A stretch of 46,204 nt of DNA from Collimonas sp. (GTDB lineage: Bacteria > Pseudomonadota > Gammaproteobacteria > Burkholderiales > Burkholderiaceae_D). A program made the position numbers and the translations under genes. Below, one piece after another: positions 19,763-29,770 of the stretch. The DNA lies in the NCBI RefSeq assembly GCF_044339385.1, contig NZ_JBIIVN010000001.1:1-46204 (forward strand). Reading direction: 5' to 3'. The notes below the pieces were generated by a model. That model saw nothing but the letters and a program-made list of their open reading frames with translations, had not been told where the DNA came from and did not search any database. The number at the start of each line of letters is the position of its first letter. The stretch's first letter is position 1.

Positions 19763-20806
19763 TCAGAGCGCCTCTTCGCGAGGATTACGCGACCACAACA
19801 GTTCCATCACCGCTTGCAGTGAATCGCCATCAAACAGCAGGCCGGCCACCGCATTGGTGATCGGCATATCGACCCCGCACTCTTGCGCCAACTCGCGCAC
19901 TGTAGCAGCACAGCGGACTCCCTCAGCCACATGGCCGAGTTCGGCGACGATCGACTGCAGTTTTTTGCCTTGCGCCAAACCCAGGCCGACCCGGCGATTG
20001 CGCGACAGATCGCCGGTGCAGGTCAGGATCAGATCGCCGACGCCGGACAAGCCCATGAAGGTTTCACTGCGGCCGCCGAGCGCGACGCCAAGTCGGGTGA
20101 TTTCCGCCAGGCCACGGGTCATCAGGGTGGCCCGTGCGTTCAGGCCAAGCCCAAGGCCGTCGGCGACACCGGTGGCGATCGCCAGGATATTCTTTACCGC
20201 GCCGCCGACCTCGACACCGATCAGATCATCGGTCGAATAAACACGGATATGGCCGCCATGCACCGCCGCTACCACTTGCTCGCACAATCCAGCGTGGGCG
20301 CTGGCGACCGACAATGCGCAGGGCAAACCGCGCGCCACTTCCTGCGCGAAGGAAGGGCCGGACAGCACAGCCGCCGGGATCGCAGGGCCCAGCGCCTGAC
20401 GCACGATCTGGTGCGGCAGCAACCGGGTATGCTCTTCGAAGCCTTTGCATAGCCAGACGAGATTAGGTACCGGATATGCACTCAACTGCTGCGCGAGCTC
20501 GCGCAATCCAGTAACCGGGGAGGCGACAATCAACAGCGCCTGACGCTTGCAAGTTGCAGCGTCGGTCGTCACATGGCGGATGGCTTGGTCGAAATCGGCG
20601 CTGAGCAACAGATTATCCGGCAATGGAAACCCTGGCAGATAAGCGGTGTTTTCACGTTGCGTCGCTGCTGCAGACATGGTCTCTGGATTACGCCCCCAGA
20701 GCGTTACCCGGTGCCGCTGCGCCAATGCGATCGCCAGCGCGGTGCCCCAGGCGCCGGCGCCAAGCACTGTAATGTTGATGGGAGGGTCGGGGAGATCGGA
20801 TGACAC
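19763..20806 (-). CDS. gpsA: NAD(P)H-dependent glycerol-3-phosphate dehydrogenase
   Basis: VLGAGAWGTALA, LCKG, LSGPSFA.EV, GGAVKNILAIA, GDLILTCTG..SRNRRVG, AEGV. Confidence 0.96.
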   Translation of the reverse strand: MSSDLPDPPINITVLGAGAWGTALAIALAQRHRVTLWGRNPETMSAAATQRENTAYLPGFPLPDNLLLSADFDQAIRHVTTDAATCKRQALLIVASPVTGLRELAQQLSAYPVPNLVWLCKGFEEHTRLLPHQIVRQALGPAIPAAVLSGPSFAQEVARGLPCALSVASAHAGLCEQVVAAVHGGHIRVYSTDDLIGVEVGGAVKNILAIATGVADGLGLGLNARATLMTRGLAEITRLGVALGGRSETFMGLSGVGDLILTCTGDLSRNRRVGLGLAQGKKLQSIVAELGHVAEGVRCAATVRELAQECGVDMPITNAVAGLLFDGDSLQAVMELLWSRNPREEAL

Positions 20807-20960
20807 AGGCGGTTACTCGCTTTTTATTTCAAGGACAGAATACGGAAACGCACGGAGCAGTGCACCCTTGACGCCCGCTACGCCCCGGACGCGTGGAGGA
20901 ATATAACGGGATTTGAAGATACTGCACTGAAGAAACTATTAATATTGCCGCAGGGAACTC

Positions 20961-21419
20961 TCAAGCACCCCACACCTCGCTCGCCTTGACATAGCCGCTC
21001 TGACCGTCGCGATGGCGTACCTTGGCCCAGCCGGATGCCACCGGATCGACCAATTCGAGTAATACGCCTTTGTCGGCGGTGAATACTACCGGCGCCGTAT
21101 CGTCGGGATTGGCGCGGATCTTGGCATTGGCGACGTTCACCTGCAGATTGCGCTTGGCGACCAGACCTTTCGACTGCAGCCATGACAGATCGCCGCTGGC
21201 GTCGCGCACTTTGGTCCATTCGCCGTAGGTCAGCACTACTTCGACCGGCATGCCGCGCGGCGCGACCGCGACGCGACGACCTTTTTCGGACGGCGCATCG
21301 CACAAAATCACTGGCGCGGCACCAACCGCCTTGAAATCGAGCGCGTGCGCAGAATTGGCAAGAGCAAGCAAACTACCAAGCGACAACAGGAGCGAAGTGG
21401 CTATGCGGGCAAATTTCAT
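20961..21419 (-). CDS. Exported tandem bacterial SH3-domain protein
   Basis: GGGGA RBS then MKFARI... signal peptide (AHA-L); two SH3_4-like repeats (PVEVV..GEWTKVRD...W; GWAKVRHRDGQSGYV...VWG). Confidence 0.85.
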   Translation of the reverse strand: MKFARIATSLLLSLGSLLALANSAHALDFKAVGAAPVILCDAPSEKGRRVAVAPRGMPVEVVLTYGEWTKVRDASGDLSWLQSKGLVAKRNLQVNVANAKIRANPDDTAPVVFTADKGVLLELVDPVASGWAKVRHRDGQSGYVKASEVWGA

Positions 21420-21432
21420 GTAATGATCCCCA

Positions 21433-21564
21433 AATACGAATACGAATACGAATACGAATACGAATACGAATACGAATACGAATACGAATACGAATACGAA
21501 TACGACTCCAAATACGACTCCAAATACGACTCCAAATACGACTCCAAATACGACTCCAAATACG
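21433..21564. repeat. Compound microsatellite (AATACG)x12 followed by (ACTCCAAATACG)x5
   Basis: Counted directly: hexamer 21433-21504, dodecamer 21505-21564; all copies are perfect. Confidence 0.97.
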
Positions 21565-21806
21565 ACCATCTTGCGGGCCGGACGCAACAACACTGCGCCG
21601 CCTTGACAATTTACATTTTGTCATTGCCCGGCCTACCCGGACAGTCAGACCGGCTGCCCTGGCGCAAAGTTTCCCGGCAATCCGAAGTTTCCGGTCGAAT
21701 GACGCAAAAACGGCAAAAGGCCAGCCATCGCGCAGACGCGTGGCTTGGCCCAGAGTTTTACATCAACGGCTGTCGTACATCAACGGCAATCGCTGCCGCT
21801 GTTGAG

Positions 21807-22319
21807 TCAGTTGATGGCGGTTGATCCGTCGACTGCGATACTGTCGCCGCTACCCTTTTGCTGCTGCTCGGCCAGCGCCTGCAGACGCTGCTGGTAGAAC
21901 ACCTCGAAATTGATTTCGGCCAAGTGGATCGGCGGGAAGCCGGCGCGGGTGATAGCGTCGGCCAGATTGGCGCGCAGATAAGGATAAACAATGTTCGGGC
22001 AACCGATGCCGAGCAGAGGATCCAATTGTTCGGTCAGGATGTTGCGCAGCTCAAAAATACCGGCTTGCTTGCCTTCGACCAAAAACGCTACCTTATCCTT
22101 GATCTTAGCAGTTACAGTTACCGTTACGGTCGATTCGAAAATGCCTCCGGCCAGCGCTTCAGCGCCAACATCGAGAGCAACTTCGATTTGCGGCGCATCC
22201 TGCTCAAGAAAAATGGCTGGCGAATTCGGTTGCTCAAGCGACAAATCTTTCAGATATACCCGTTGAATCTGGAACACCGGTTGTGCCGCTTGCTCTGCTT
22301 GTTGCTTCTCTTCAGCCAT
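21807..22319 (-). CDS. secB: Protein-export chaperone SecB
   Basis: [46 protein letters not shown]. Confidence 0.96.
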   Translation of the reverse strand: MAEEKQQAEQAAQPVFQIQRVYLKDLSLEQPNSPAIFLEQDAPQIEVALDVGAEALAGGIFESTVTVTVTAKIKDKVAFLVEGKQAGIFELRNILTEQLDPLLGIGCPNIVYPYLRANLADAITRAGFPPIHLAEINFEVFYQQRLQALAEQQQKGSGDSIAVDGSTAIN

Positions 22320-22410
22320 AACACTCTTTCAATTAATGATTTTAAAATAAGTTAAATGATGGCAAACGCCATCCCTTGCGGACTGCAACAATAACAGTTA
22401 TTGCCGTAAA

Positions 22411-22674
22411 TCAGGCATTTTGCAGCAGGGGCTCAAGCTTGCCATCACGATCAAGCGCATGCAAGTCATCGAAGCCGCCAACATGCTTTTCGCCAATATA
22501 TATTTGCGGAACGGTACGACGCCCGGTCTTCTCCATCATCGCATTGCGCTGAGCAGGATCTAAGTCTATTCTAATTTTTTCAATATTTTCCACGCCTTTA
22601 GATTTCAACAATTGTTCGGCGCGGATGCAATATGGGCATACAGCAGTGCTATATATTACAACATGAGCAGTCAT
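22411..22674 (-). CDS. grxC: Glutaredoxin 3
   Basis: CPYC active site, TVPQIYI, VGGFDDL; GAAAGGA RBS. Confidence 0.95.
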   Translation of the reverse strand: MTAHVVIYSTAVCPYCIRAEQLLKSKGVENIEKIRIDLDPAQRNAMMEKTGRRTVPQIYIGEKHVGGFDDLHALDRDGKLEPLLQNA

Positions 22675-22749
22675 GATTCTTCCTTTCAAGGCCTGATCCG
22701 GATAACAATTAAGTGGAGTCCGGTCCGCCTTATTCAATTCGCAGAGTAA

Positions 22750-23151
22750 TTATTTGACGGTCGGCAAGCCCTGGGTCTGCCATGCGGCAATGCCACCATC
22801 CAGACTGAATGCCTGTGCGAAGCCAGCCTGGACCAGCTTTGCAACGGCTTTCGACGACTGGGTTCCGGTCTGACACACCACCACCACATTCTTGGCTTTA
22901 AACTTGTCCAGCTCGGCGATGCGCTGCGACAAGTCTTTTAGAGGGATATTTTTGGCATCGATCAGATGACTGGCGGCAAATGCGTCGCTGTCGCGCACGT
23001 CCAATATCAATGTTTTACCCTGATTAATGAATTGGGTGGCTTGCAGCGTCGTTAGGCGATTACCACGCTTTTGCAACACAGGAAGCAACAATGCGCAACC
23101 GGACAAAATTGCTACGGCAACCAGAAAAATATTATCAATCAAGAATTTCAC
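22750..23151 (-). CDS. Rhodanese-like protein (YibN-like)
   Basis: N-terminal TM, LDVRD...F...HL..AKNIP, VVC..G, LDGGIAAW; conserved yibN-grxC-secB-gpsA order. Confidence 0.88.
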   Translation of the reverse strand: MKFLIDNIFLVAVAILSGCALLLPVLQKRGNRLTTLQATQFINQGKTLILDVRDSDAFAASHLIDAKNIPLKDLSQRIAELDKFKAKNVVVVCQTGTQSSKAVAKLVQAGFAQAFSLDGGIAAWQTQGLPTVK

Positions 23152-23333
23152 GGGGATCCAATGGCATTAGTCAATCCCGCCATTATAAAATAGAAGCTGA
23201 AACGCCATTCAATTCGTATCAGGTCCCACCAAAATCCTTAATTTGCCGTCCACCGCGGCCAGGCTCAAGGCTGATTTGATCTGAATCCCGACGGCGGCAA
23301 TAGATTCCTTACTTACCTTAGCAGACGACAAAA

Positions 23334-24080
23334 ATGTACAAAATCGTATTGATGCGCCATGGCGAATCCACTTGGAACCTGGCCAACCGCTTTACCGGCT
23401 GGGTCGATGTCGACCTCACTGAAAAAGGCGTAGCCGAGGCCAAACAGGCGGGTAATATCCTGAAGCAGGCCGGTTTCACTTTCGACCTGGCGTACACATC
23501 GGTGCTCAAGCGCGCTATCCGCACCTTGTGGGGCACACTCGACGAAATGGATCTGATGTGGCTGCCGGTCAAGCACAGCTGGCGCCTCAACGAGCGTCAC
23601 TACGGCGCGTTGCAAGGCTTGAACAAGGCCGAAACTGCGGCCAAGTGCGGCGACGAGCAGGTCATGGTGTGGCGCCGCAGCTACGATACCCCGCCGCTGC
23701 CGCTGCAACCAAACGATCCGCGTACTTCCTACGACGATCCGCGCTATGCCGGACTAAAGCGTGAGGAAATCCCGCTGACCGAATGCCTGAAGGACACAGT
23801 GGCGCGCGTACTGCCATTCTGGAACGATGAAATCGCACCGGCGATCCGTAGCGGCAAGCGCATCATCATCTCGGCGCATGGCAACAGTCTGCGCGCCATG
23901 ATCAAGATGCTGGACGGCATCAGCGACGAAGATATTGTCGGCCTGAACATTCCCAACGGCCAGCCACTGGTGTACGAGCTGGACGCCGATCTGAAGCCGA
24001 TCAAGAGCTACTATCTGGGTGATCAGGCGGCGATCGAGGCGGCGATGAATGCGGTCGCCAGCCAGGGGAAAGCGAAATAA
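23334..24080 (+). CDS. gpmA: 2,3-bisphosphoglycerate-dependent phosphoglycerate mutase
   Basis: [48 protein letters not shown]. Confidence 0.97.
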   Translation: MYKIVLMRHGESTWNLANRFTGWVDVDLTEKGVAEAKQAGNILKQAGFTFDLAYTSVLKRAIRTLWGTLDEMDLMWLPVKHSWRLNERHYGALQGLNKAETAAKCGDEQVMVWRRSYDTPPLPLQPNDPRTSYDDPRYAGLKREEIPLTECLKDTVARVLPFWNDEIAPAIRSGKRIIISAHGNSLRAMIKMLDGISDEDIVGLNIPNGQPLVYELDADLKPIKSYYLGDQAAIEAAMNAVASQGKAK

Positions 24081-24106
24081 ATATCTCGCTGGGGAAAATC
24101 CTGGGT

Positions 24107-25612
24107 ATGCGCCGGCCTAGCCGTGCCGCAAGCCGACGGCTGGCGGCGGCAACGCTGATTCTGGCAACAGCGCTGCCGAGTGTTGTCTTCGCCGCCCCCA
24201 AGGTGACAGAACGCAGCAAGCAAAAGCAGGTAGCGGAAGCGCAACGGGCCGATTTGCGCGAAAAACTTGACGCCCTTAAACGAGACATCAGCCACACCGA
24301 AACCGAAAAAGACAATGCCAGCGACGCTCTGACTGACTCTGAAAGCGCGATTTCCAAGGCCAAGCGTGCGTTGCGCGACCTCAGCGCCGAGCAAAGCCAG
24401 ACGCAAGCCAAACTGAAGCAGTTGGCGAAACAACACGACGAACTCAGCAAAACCGTGGCAGCCCAGCAAACTCAGCTGGCCAACCTGCTGCGCCAGCAGT
24501 ACGTTGCCGGCAACGAGGACCGCATCAAGCTGCTGCTGTCGGGCGACAATCCGAACCGCATCAACCGCGACCTGCAATACATGGGTTATGTGTCGCAAGC
24601 ACAGGCCAAACTACTGGAATCGCTGCGCGCCAATCTGGCGGCGGTCGAAGCTAACCAAACCGAAACCCAAAGCGCCAAGGACGATCTGGGTGAGATTGCC
24701 AAAGAGCAACTTGACCAAAAGACCTTGCTGGAAAAAGAAAAAGCCAAGCGCGCGACCTTACTGGCGCAATTGTCCGGCAAACTGGCCAGCCAGCGCAAGG
24801 AAGTGGGCAGCATCCAACGCGACGAGCAGCGCTTGTCTGGCCTGGTTGACCGTCTTGACCAATTAATCGAGGCGCAAAAGAAAGCCGATGCCGAGGCCCG
24901 CGAAAAATTGCGCCAGCAGCAGTTGGCGCAAGCTCAGGCCCGGGCTCAGGCGCAGGCCGCACGCGAGCGCCAGAAAGCACTGGAGCAGCAGCGCGCCGCG
25001 CTGGCGAAAAAGACGCCGCCATCCAGTGACAGCCGAAATAAGCCGAAAACGCCGAATCCAGACGCCATCGACGACGACCAGCCGCCGCCAACCGCCGCGG
25101 CCACACCGGCCCCGACACCCGCCGCCACGCCGGCAGTGGCAGAAACCGCGCCAACGCCGATCGGCCGCAATGAGTTGACGCCGCAGGCCGACGGCAAGGA
25201 TAGCGCTTACGGTCGGCCGTTCGAATCGTTACGCGGCCAATTGCGGCTGCCTGTGCGTGGCGACCTGATGGCGCGTTTCGGCGCCAAGCGCGGCGATGGC
25301 CCAGCCTGGAAAGGCTTGTTTATCCGCACCGCGGAAGGCACCGAAGTCAAGGCAGTCGCCGCCGGCAGGGTCGTATTGGCCGATTGGCTGCGCGGTTTCG
25401 GCAACCTGATTATTGTTGATCACGGCAACCAGTACATGACCATTTACGGGAATAATCAGGCATTATTGAAGCGGCCCGGCGACGCCGTCAAAACTGGCGA
25501 TGTGATTGCCAATGCAGGCAACAGCGGTGGTAACGAACAATCGGGTTTATACTTTGAAATTCGGCATCAGAGCCGTGCGTTTGACCCACTCGGATGGGTA
25601 ACTACTAGGTGA
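24107..25612 (+). CDS. envC: Murein hydrolase activator, EnvC family (coiled coil + degenerate M23 domain)
   Basis: Signal sequence, long coiled coil, WKGLFI (no HxxxD), GFGNLIIVDHG, GNSGG...GLYFEIR; located between gpmA and an S41 protease. Confidence 0.85.
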   Translation: MRRPSRAASRRLAAATLILATALPSVVFAAPKVTERSKQKQVAEAQRADLREKLDALKRDISHTETEKDNASDALTDSESAISKAKRALRDLSAEQSQTQAKLKQLAKQHDELSKTVAAQQTQLANLLRQQYVAGNEDRIKLLLSGDNPNRINRDLQYMGYVSQAQAKLLESLRANLAAVEANQTETQSAKDDLGEIAKEQLDQKTLLEKEKAKRATLLAQLSGKLASQRKEVGSIQRDEQRLSGLVDRLDQLIEAQKKADAEAREKLRQQQLAQAQARAQAQAARERQKALEQQRAALAKKTPPSSDSRNKPKTPNPDAIDDDQPPPTAAATPAPTPAATPAVAETAPTPIGRNELTPQADGKDSAYGRPFESLRGQLRLPVRGDLMARFGAKRGDGPAWKGLFIRTAEGTEVKAVAAGRVVLADWLRGFGNLIIVDHGNQYMTIYGNNQALLKRPGDAVKTGDVIANAGNSGGNEQSGLYFEIRHQSRAFDPLGWVTTR

Positions 25613-25615
25613 AAC

Positions 25616-27142
25616 ATGGGCAGTAAACTCAAGAATATCGGTCTCATCAGCTTGGGCGTCATCGCAGGGATCGGCGCCTCAATTCAGTTCGACGCGATTG
25701 CGCAGAAGAGTGCCGCCGCGCCGTTGCCGCTGGAAGAACTACGACAACTGGCAGATGTGTTCGGGCTGATCAAATCCGACTACGTCGAACCTGCGGATGA
25801 TAAAAAACTGCTGACCGAGGCTATTTCCGGCATGGTGGCCTCGCTCGATCCGCACTCGGCCTATCTGGACAAGAAGGCTTACAAGGAGTTGCGCGAGAGC
25901 ACGCAAGGCAAGTTTGTCGGTCTTGGCATTGAGGTCGGGATCGAAGATGGCTACATCAAGGTGGTGTCGCCGATCGAAGACTCGCCAGCCTATCGTGCCG
26001 GGATCAAGGCAGGCGACCTGATCACGCGCCTCGATTCGACCGCGGTCAAGGGTTTGAGTCTGGACCAGGCGGTCAAGCGCATGCGCGGCGAGCCGAACAC
26101 CAAGATCACCCTGACCATTTCCCGCAAAGATGAAGACAAGCCACTGATCTTCAATATCACGCGTCAGGAAATCAAGGTGCAGAGCGTTAAGGCCAAAGTG
26201 GTGGAACCGGGCTATGCATGGCTGCGCGTAACGCAGTTTCAGGAGCCGACGGTTGATGATATGGCGAAGAAAATCGCCGCGATCTATGCCCAGGAACCGA
26301 ATCTGAAGGGGCTGGTGCTGGACTTGCGTAACGATCCGGGCGGCGTATTGCCGGGCGCAATCGGCGTCTCTGCGGCTTTCTTGCCGAAAGATTCGGTTGT
26401 GGTCACTACCAACGGCCAGTTGCCAAGCTCCAAGGCTTCGTTCTATGCCAAGCGTGAGTACTACGCCAATCCGGGTAGTGATCCGCTGGCGAAACTGCCT
26501 GAGGCACTGAAGAAGGTGTCGATGGTGGTGCTGGTCAATACCGGCTCGGCATCGGCGTCGGAAATCGTCGCCGGCGCATTGCAGGATTACAAGCGCGCCA
26601 CCATCATGGGCACCCAAACCTTCGGCAAGGGTTCCGTGCAATCGGTGATCGCGTTACCGCCGGATCGCAGTACCGCAGTCAAACTGACCACTGCCCGCTA
26701 CTACACCCCGAACGGCCGCTCAATCCAGGCCAAGGGCATTGTGCCGGACCTGATCGTCGATGAATATGCCGACGGCGACGGCCTCAACGGCCTGCGTCTG
26801 CGGGAAGCCGACCTGACCAAGCATTTGAGCAACGACACCGACAAGGGTCCGGAAGTGACCTCGCCGAAAGTCGATGCGCTGGAAGAGGCGCAACGAATTG
26901 CCGCAGTTGAGAAAAAACGCAAGCCACTGGAATACGGTAGCAAGGACGATTTTCAGTTGGCACAGGCGCTTAATCAACTGAAGGGCTTGCCGGTCCAGGT
27001 TTCGAAAGTGAAACCGGACAGCCGCGGCGACGCCGATCAGGATGATAAGGATAGCAAGGACAATAACGACAACAAGGATAACAAAACGCCGCTCGGCGAT
27101 GACAAGGCAGGCGGTGCCGTCAAGAAAGAGCAGAAAAAATAG
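25616..27142 (+). CDS. ctpA: S41 family carboxy-terminal processing protease
   Basis: LDPHS.Y, PDZ GLGIEV, LDLRNDPGG, SASASEIVAGALQD, TFGKGSVQ, TARYYTPNGRSIQ. Confidence 0.92.
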   Translation: MGSKLKNIGLISLGVIAGIGASIQFDAIAQKSAAAPLPLEELRQLADVFGLIKSDYVEPADDKKLLTEAISGMVASLDPHSAYLDKKAYKELRESTQGKFVGLGIEVGIEDGYIKVVSPIEDSPAYRAGIKAGDLITRLDSTAVKGLSLDQAVKRMRGEPNTKITLTISRKDEDKPLIFNITRQEIKVQSVKAKVVEPGYAWLRVTQFQEPTVDDMAKKIAAIYAQEPNLKGLVLDLRNDPGGVLPGAIGVSAAFLPKDSVVVTTNGQLPSSKASFYAKREYYANPGSDPLAKLPEALKKVSMVVLVNTGSASASEIVAGALQDYKRATIMGTQTFGKGSVQSVIALPPDRSTAVKLTTARYYTPNGRSIQAKGIVPDLIVDEYADGDGLNGLRLREADLTKHLSNDTDKGPEVTSPKVDALEEAQRIAAVEKKRKPLEYGSKDDFQLAQALNQLKGLPVQVSKVKPDSRGDADQDDKDSKDNNDNKDNKTPLGDDKAGGAVKKEQKK

Positions 27143-27161
27143 CATTTTTTTGCGCTACACT

Positions 27162-27189
27162 AAGGCCGCGTCGGACGCGGCCTTTTTTT
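27162..27189 (+). terminator. Intrinsic terminator after ctpA
   Basis: AAGGCCGCGT-cgg-ACGCGGCC followed by T7. Confidence 0.8.
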
Positions 27190-27237
27190 CGCCCGGGCGC
27201 GCTGCATTCCTGGATCTTATCGACAGTATCGTATCTT

Positions 27238-27996
27238 ATGAACGACCAGCAACTACTGCGCTACTCGCGCCACATCCTGTTGGATGAGATCGACATTGAA
27301 GGCCAGGAAAAATTTCTGGCGGCACGGGCGCTGGTCATCGGGGTTGGCGGCCTCGGCTCGCCGGTGGCGCTGTACCTGGCTTCAGCCGGGGTCGGCAGCA
27401 TCACCCTGGTGGACAACGATACGGTCGACCTGACCAATCTGCAACGGCAGATCCTGCACACCAGCGACCGCGTAGGCCAGGCCAAGGCGGCCTCCGGCAA
27501 GGCTGCGCTGACACAAATCAATCCGGATATACAGATCGTCGCACTGCCTGAGTGCGCCGACCAAAGGCGTCTTGCGGAACTGATCGGTAACGCCGACGTG
27601 GTGATCGATTGCAGCGACAATTTCACTACCCGACATGCAATCAATCGATCTTGTGTCGCGCTGAAAGTGTCGCTGGTATCGGGTGCGGCAATCCAGTTCG
27701 ACGGCCAGCTTAGCGTGTTCGATGCCCGCGATGAAAGCTCACCCTGCTATGCCTGCCTGTTTCCGCCGGATCGGGCATTTGAAGAAACCGCCTGCGCCAC
27801 CATGGGCGTGTTCGCGCCGCTGGTGGGCATTATCGGCAGCATGCAAGCCGCCGAAGCGCTCAAGCTGATTGCCGGGATCGGCACACCGCTGGTCGGCAAG
27901 TTACTGATGCTGGATGCGCGCAGCATGGAGTGGAGCCGCATCGGCGTTGCCCGCGATGCCGGTTGCCTGGTGTGTGGCGCACATTCGCACCCTTGA
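27238..27996 (+). CDS. moeB: HesA/MoeB/ThiF-family adenylyltransferase
   Basis: RYSRHILL, GVGGLG, D.V..TNLQRQ, DCSDNF..R, PCYACLFP, C-terminal CLVC. Confidence 0.85.
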   Translation: MNDQQLLRYSRHILLDEIDIEGQEKFLAARALVIGVGGLGSPVALYLASAGVGSITLVDNDTVDLTNLQRQILHTSDRVGQAKAASGKAALTQINPDIQIVALPECADQRRLAELIGNADVVIDCSDNFTTRHAINRSCVALKVSLVSGAAIQFDGQLSVFDARDESSPCYACLFPPDRAFEETACATMGVFAPLVGIIGSMQAAEALKLIAGIGTPLVGKLLMLDARSMEWSRIGVARDAGCLVCGAHSHP

Positions 27997-28074
27997 TTCA
28001 GACCCGTCGTTGAATCAGATACGCAATCGCGCGCCGTTGTCTCGGCAAACGATTGCAGACTGCTCCTGTGCCAA

Positions 28075-28629
28075 TTACGCGCTATGCAGCGCCCGCGCCG
28101 GATTGGCCGCCGGTTGCCGCGCCTTCAAGGCGCTTACCTTCTGGATCGTATCGGCGCAGGCACGGGCTGCCTCCGCACCCTTGACCAGGAAATGCTCATA
28201 GAAATATTTGTGGTGTTCTTCGCCACCGTGGAAATGGTGCGGCGTCAGCACTGCCGACAGCACCGGCACGGCCGTTTCCAGCTGCACCTGCATCAAGCCG
28301 CTGATCACTGCCTGGGCGACAAACTCATGCCGATAGATATCGCCATCCACCACTAATCCGGCAGCCACTACAGCGGCATAGTCACCGCTGCTGGCGAGCA
28401 ATTTGGCATGCAGCGGGATTTCGTAGGCACCAGCGACTTCGAAGAAATCGATATCGCTTTCGGTGTAGCCGGACTTGGCGATTTCAGCAACGAAAGAAAT
28501 CCGGCATTGACCGACAATATCGCGGTGCCATCCGGCCTGGATGAAGGCAATGCGTTCACCGGCAACCGCGGCGGACGCCTTGGATTTGATGGCGACGGGT
28601 TGATGTTGTTGCTGCTGTGGCTGCTGCAT
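28075..28629 (-). CDS. ribH: 6,7-dimethyl-8-ribityllumazine synthase, type II (RibH2-like)
   Basis: IAFIQAGWH.DIV, VAGAYEIPL, IYRHEFVA..VI.GLM.VQL, VLTPHHFH (type II signature), F.VKG.EAA; AGGAG RBS. Confidence 0.92.
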   Translation of the reverse strand: MQQPQQQQHQPVAIKSKASAAVAGERIAFIQAGWHRDIVGQCRISFVAEIAKSGYTESDIDFFEVAGAYEIPLHAKLLASSGDYAAVVAAGLVVDGDIYRHEFVAQAVISGLMQVQLETAVPVLSAVLTPHHFHGGEEHHKYFYEHFLVKGAEAARACADTIQKVSALKARQPAANPARALHSA

Positions 28630-28773
28630 CTGACTGACTCCTGTTTGATCAATAAAAACAGGGCTTGTTGGATCGAAAGGAGGCGCGAATTTACACGACA
28701 AGCCATCGCAGTGCCAGGCGCCTCAGCCGCGCCCGGCAACACGCCAGCCAGCCCGGGCAAACACCGGACCGCC

Positions 28774-28919
28774 TGTTCTCTCTTTATCCGGACTATACCG
28801 TCGGCCCCGGGATCACACCGGGTCTGCTGACGTTGTCGCTACGGCGACAAGCGCTCGCGGGCTATGCGCATTGCACGCAATTACCGCCGGTGGGGAATCA
28901 CCCCCCGCCCTGAGAACAC
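28774..28919 (-). ncRNA. FMN riboswitch (RFN element)
   Basis: Minus strand reads TTCTCAGGGCGGGG..TGATTCCCCACCGGCGGT...AGCCCGCGAGCG...GTCAGCAGACCCGGTGTGATCCCGGGGCCGACGGTATAGTCCGGATAAAGAGAGAA, upstream of ribH. Confidence 0.95.
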
Positions 28920-29011
28920 TCACTTTATTGCATTACGCAATGAAGCAAGGCGCAAATTTATCATATAAATTGCGAGGCCGCAGAAGCCGGATAAATCCGG
29001 CGCTGGCAGTG

Positions 29012-29770
29012 TTAATGGCTTTTCTTCGCCAGCCCGAGGTAAGTGTCGATCACCTTTGGATTGTTTGCCAGCTCCGCTGCCGGGCCTTGCAAAGCGATGT
29101 CGCCGGTTTCCAGCACGTAAGCGTAATCAGCGACCTGCAGCGCGGCACGCGCGTTCTGCTCGACCAGCAAAATGGCGACACCAGTCTGCCTCAAGCCAAC
29201 GATGATATGGAAAATTTCTTTGGCGATTAACGGTGCCAGGCCGAGGCTTGGTTCGTCCAGCATCAGCAATTGCGGCTTGGCCATCAGCGCGCGGCCGAGC
29301 GCCAACATCTGTCGTTCGCCGCCGGACAGGCTGCCAGCCTGTTGCTTGCGCCGCTGCTGCAGACGCGGAAACAGGTCGTACACGACCGCCATCTGATCGG
29401 CATAAGCACGCTCGCCGGCCTGGTAGCGGCGGTAGCTGCCGAGCAGCAAATTATCTTCCACTGTCATGCTGGCAAACAACTCGCGCTTTTCCGGCACCAG
29501 GCACATGCCGCGCGCAACGCGGGTTTCGATTGCCACATCAGCAGTATCCTGGCCCAGCAACCGCAGCGTGCCACGCATGCTGCCGTTGTTTGGCATGACG
29601 CCGGCAATCGCGTTGAGCATGGTCGATTTACCGGCGCCATTGGGGCCGATGACGGTGACGATCTGGCCACCGCCGACTGCCAGGCTGACACCGTGCAGCG
29701 CCTCGACTTTGCCGTAGGCGACGTGCAGATCGCCGACTTCGAGCACCGGACTGACGACGGTATTAGTCAT
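29012..29770 (-). CDS. HAAT-family ABC transporter ATPase (LivF-like)
   Basis: [44 protein letters not shown]. Confidence 0.92.
   Translation of the reverse strand: MTNTVVSPVLEVGDLHVAYGKVEALHGVSLAVGGGQIVTVIGPNGAGKSTMLNAIAGVMPNNGSMRGTLRLLGQDTADVAIETRVARGMCLVPEKRELFASMTVEDNLLLGSYRRYQAGERAYADQMAVVYDLFPRLQQRRKQQAGSLSGGERQMLALGRALMAKPQLLMLDEPSLGLAPLIAKEIFHIIVGLRQTGVAILLVEQNARAALQVADYAYVLETGDIALQGPAAELANNPKVIDTYLGLAKKSH

Noticed and set aside
21345-21824. ORFs with YEYE/YDSK or RIRI/RIWS repeats, and the repeat as a CRISPR array
   Set aside because: The ORFs are alternative readings of the microsatellite; there are no unique spacers and no cas genes.
25739-26641. 300-aa minus-strand ORF
   Set aside because: Antisense shadow of ctpA.
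28951-28974. Near-palindrome CGCAAATTTAT-cat-ATAAATTGCG between the ABC operon and the riboswitch
   Set aside because: It is imperfect and AT-rich, and I cannot tell an operator from a terminator or chance.
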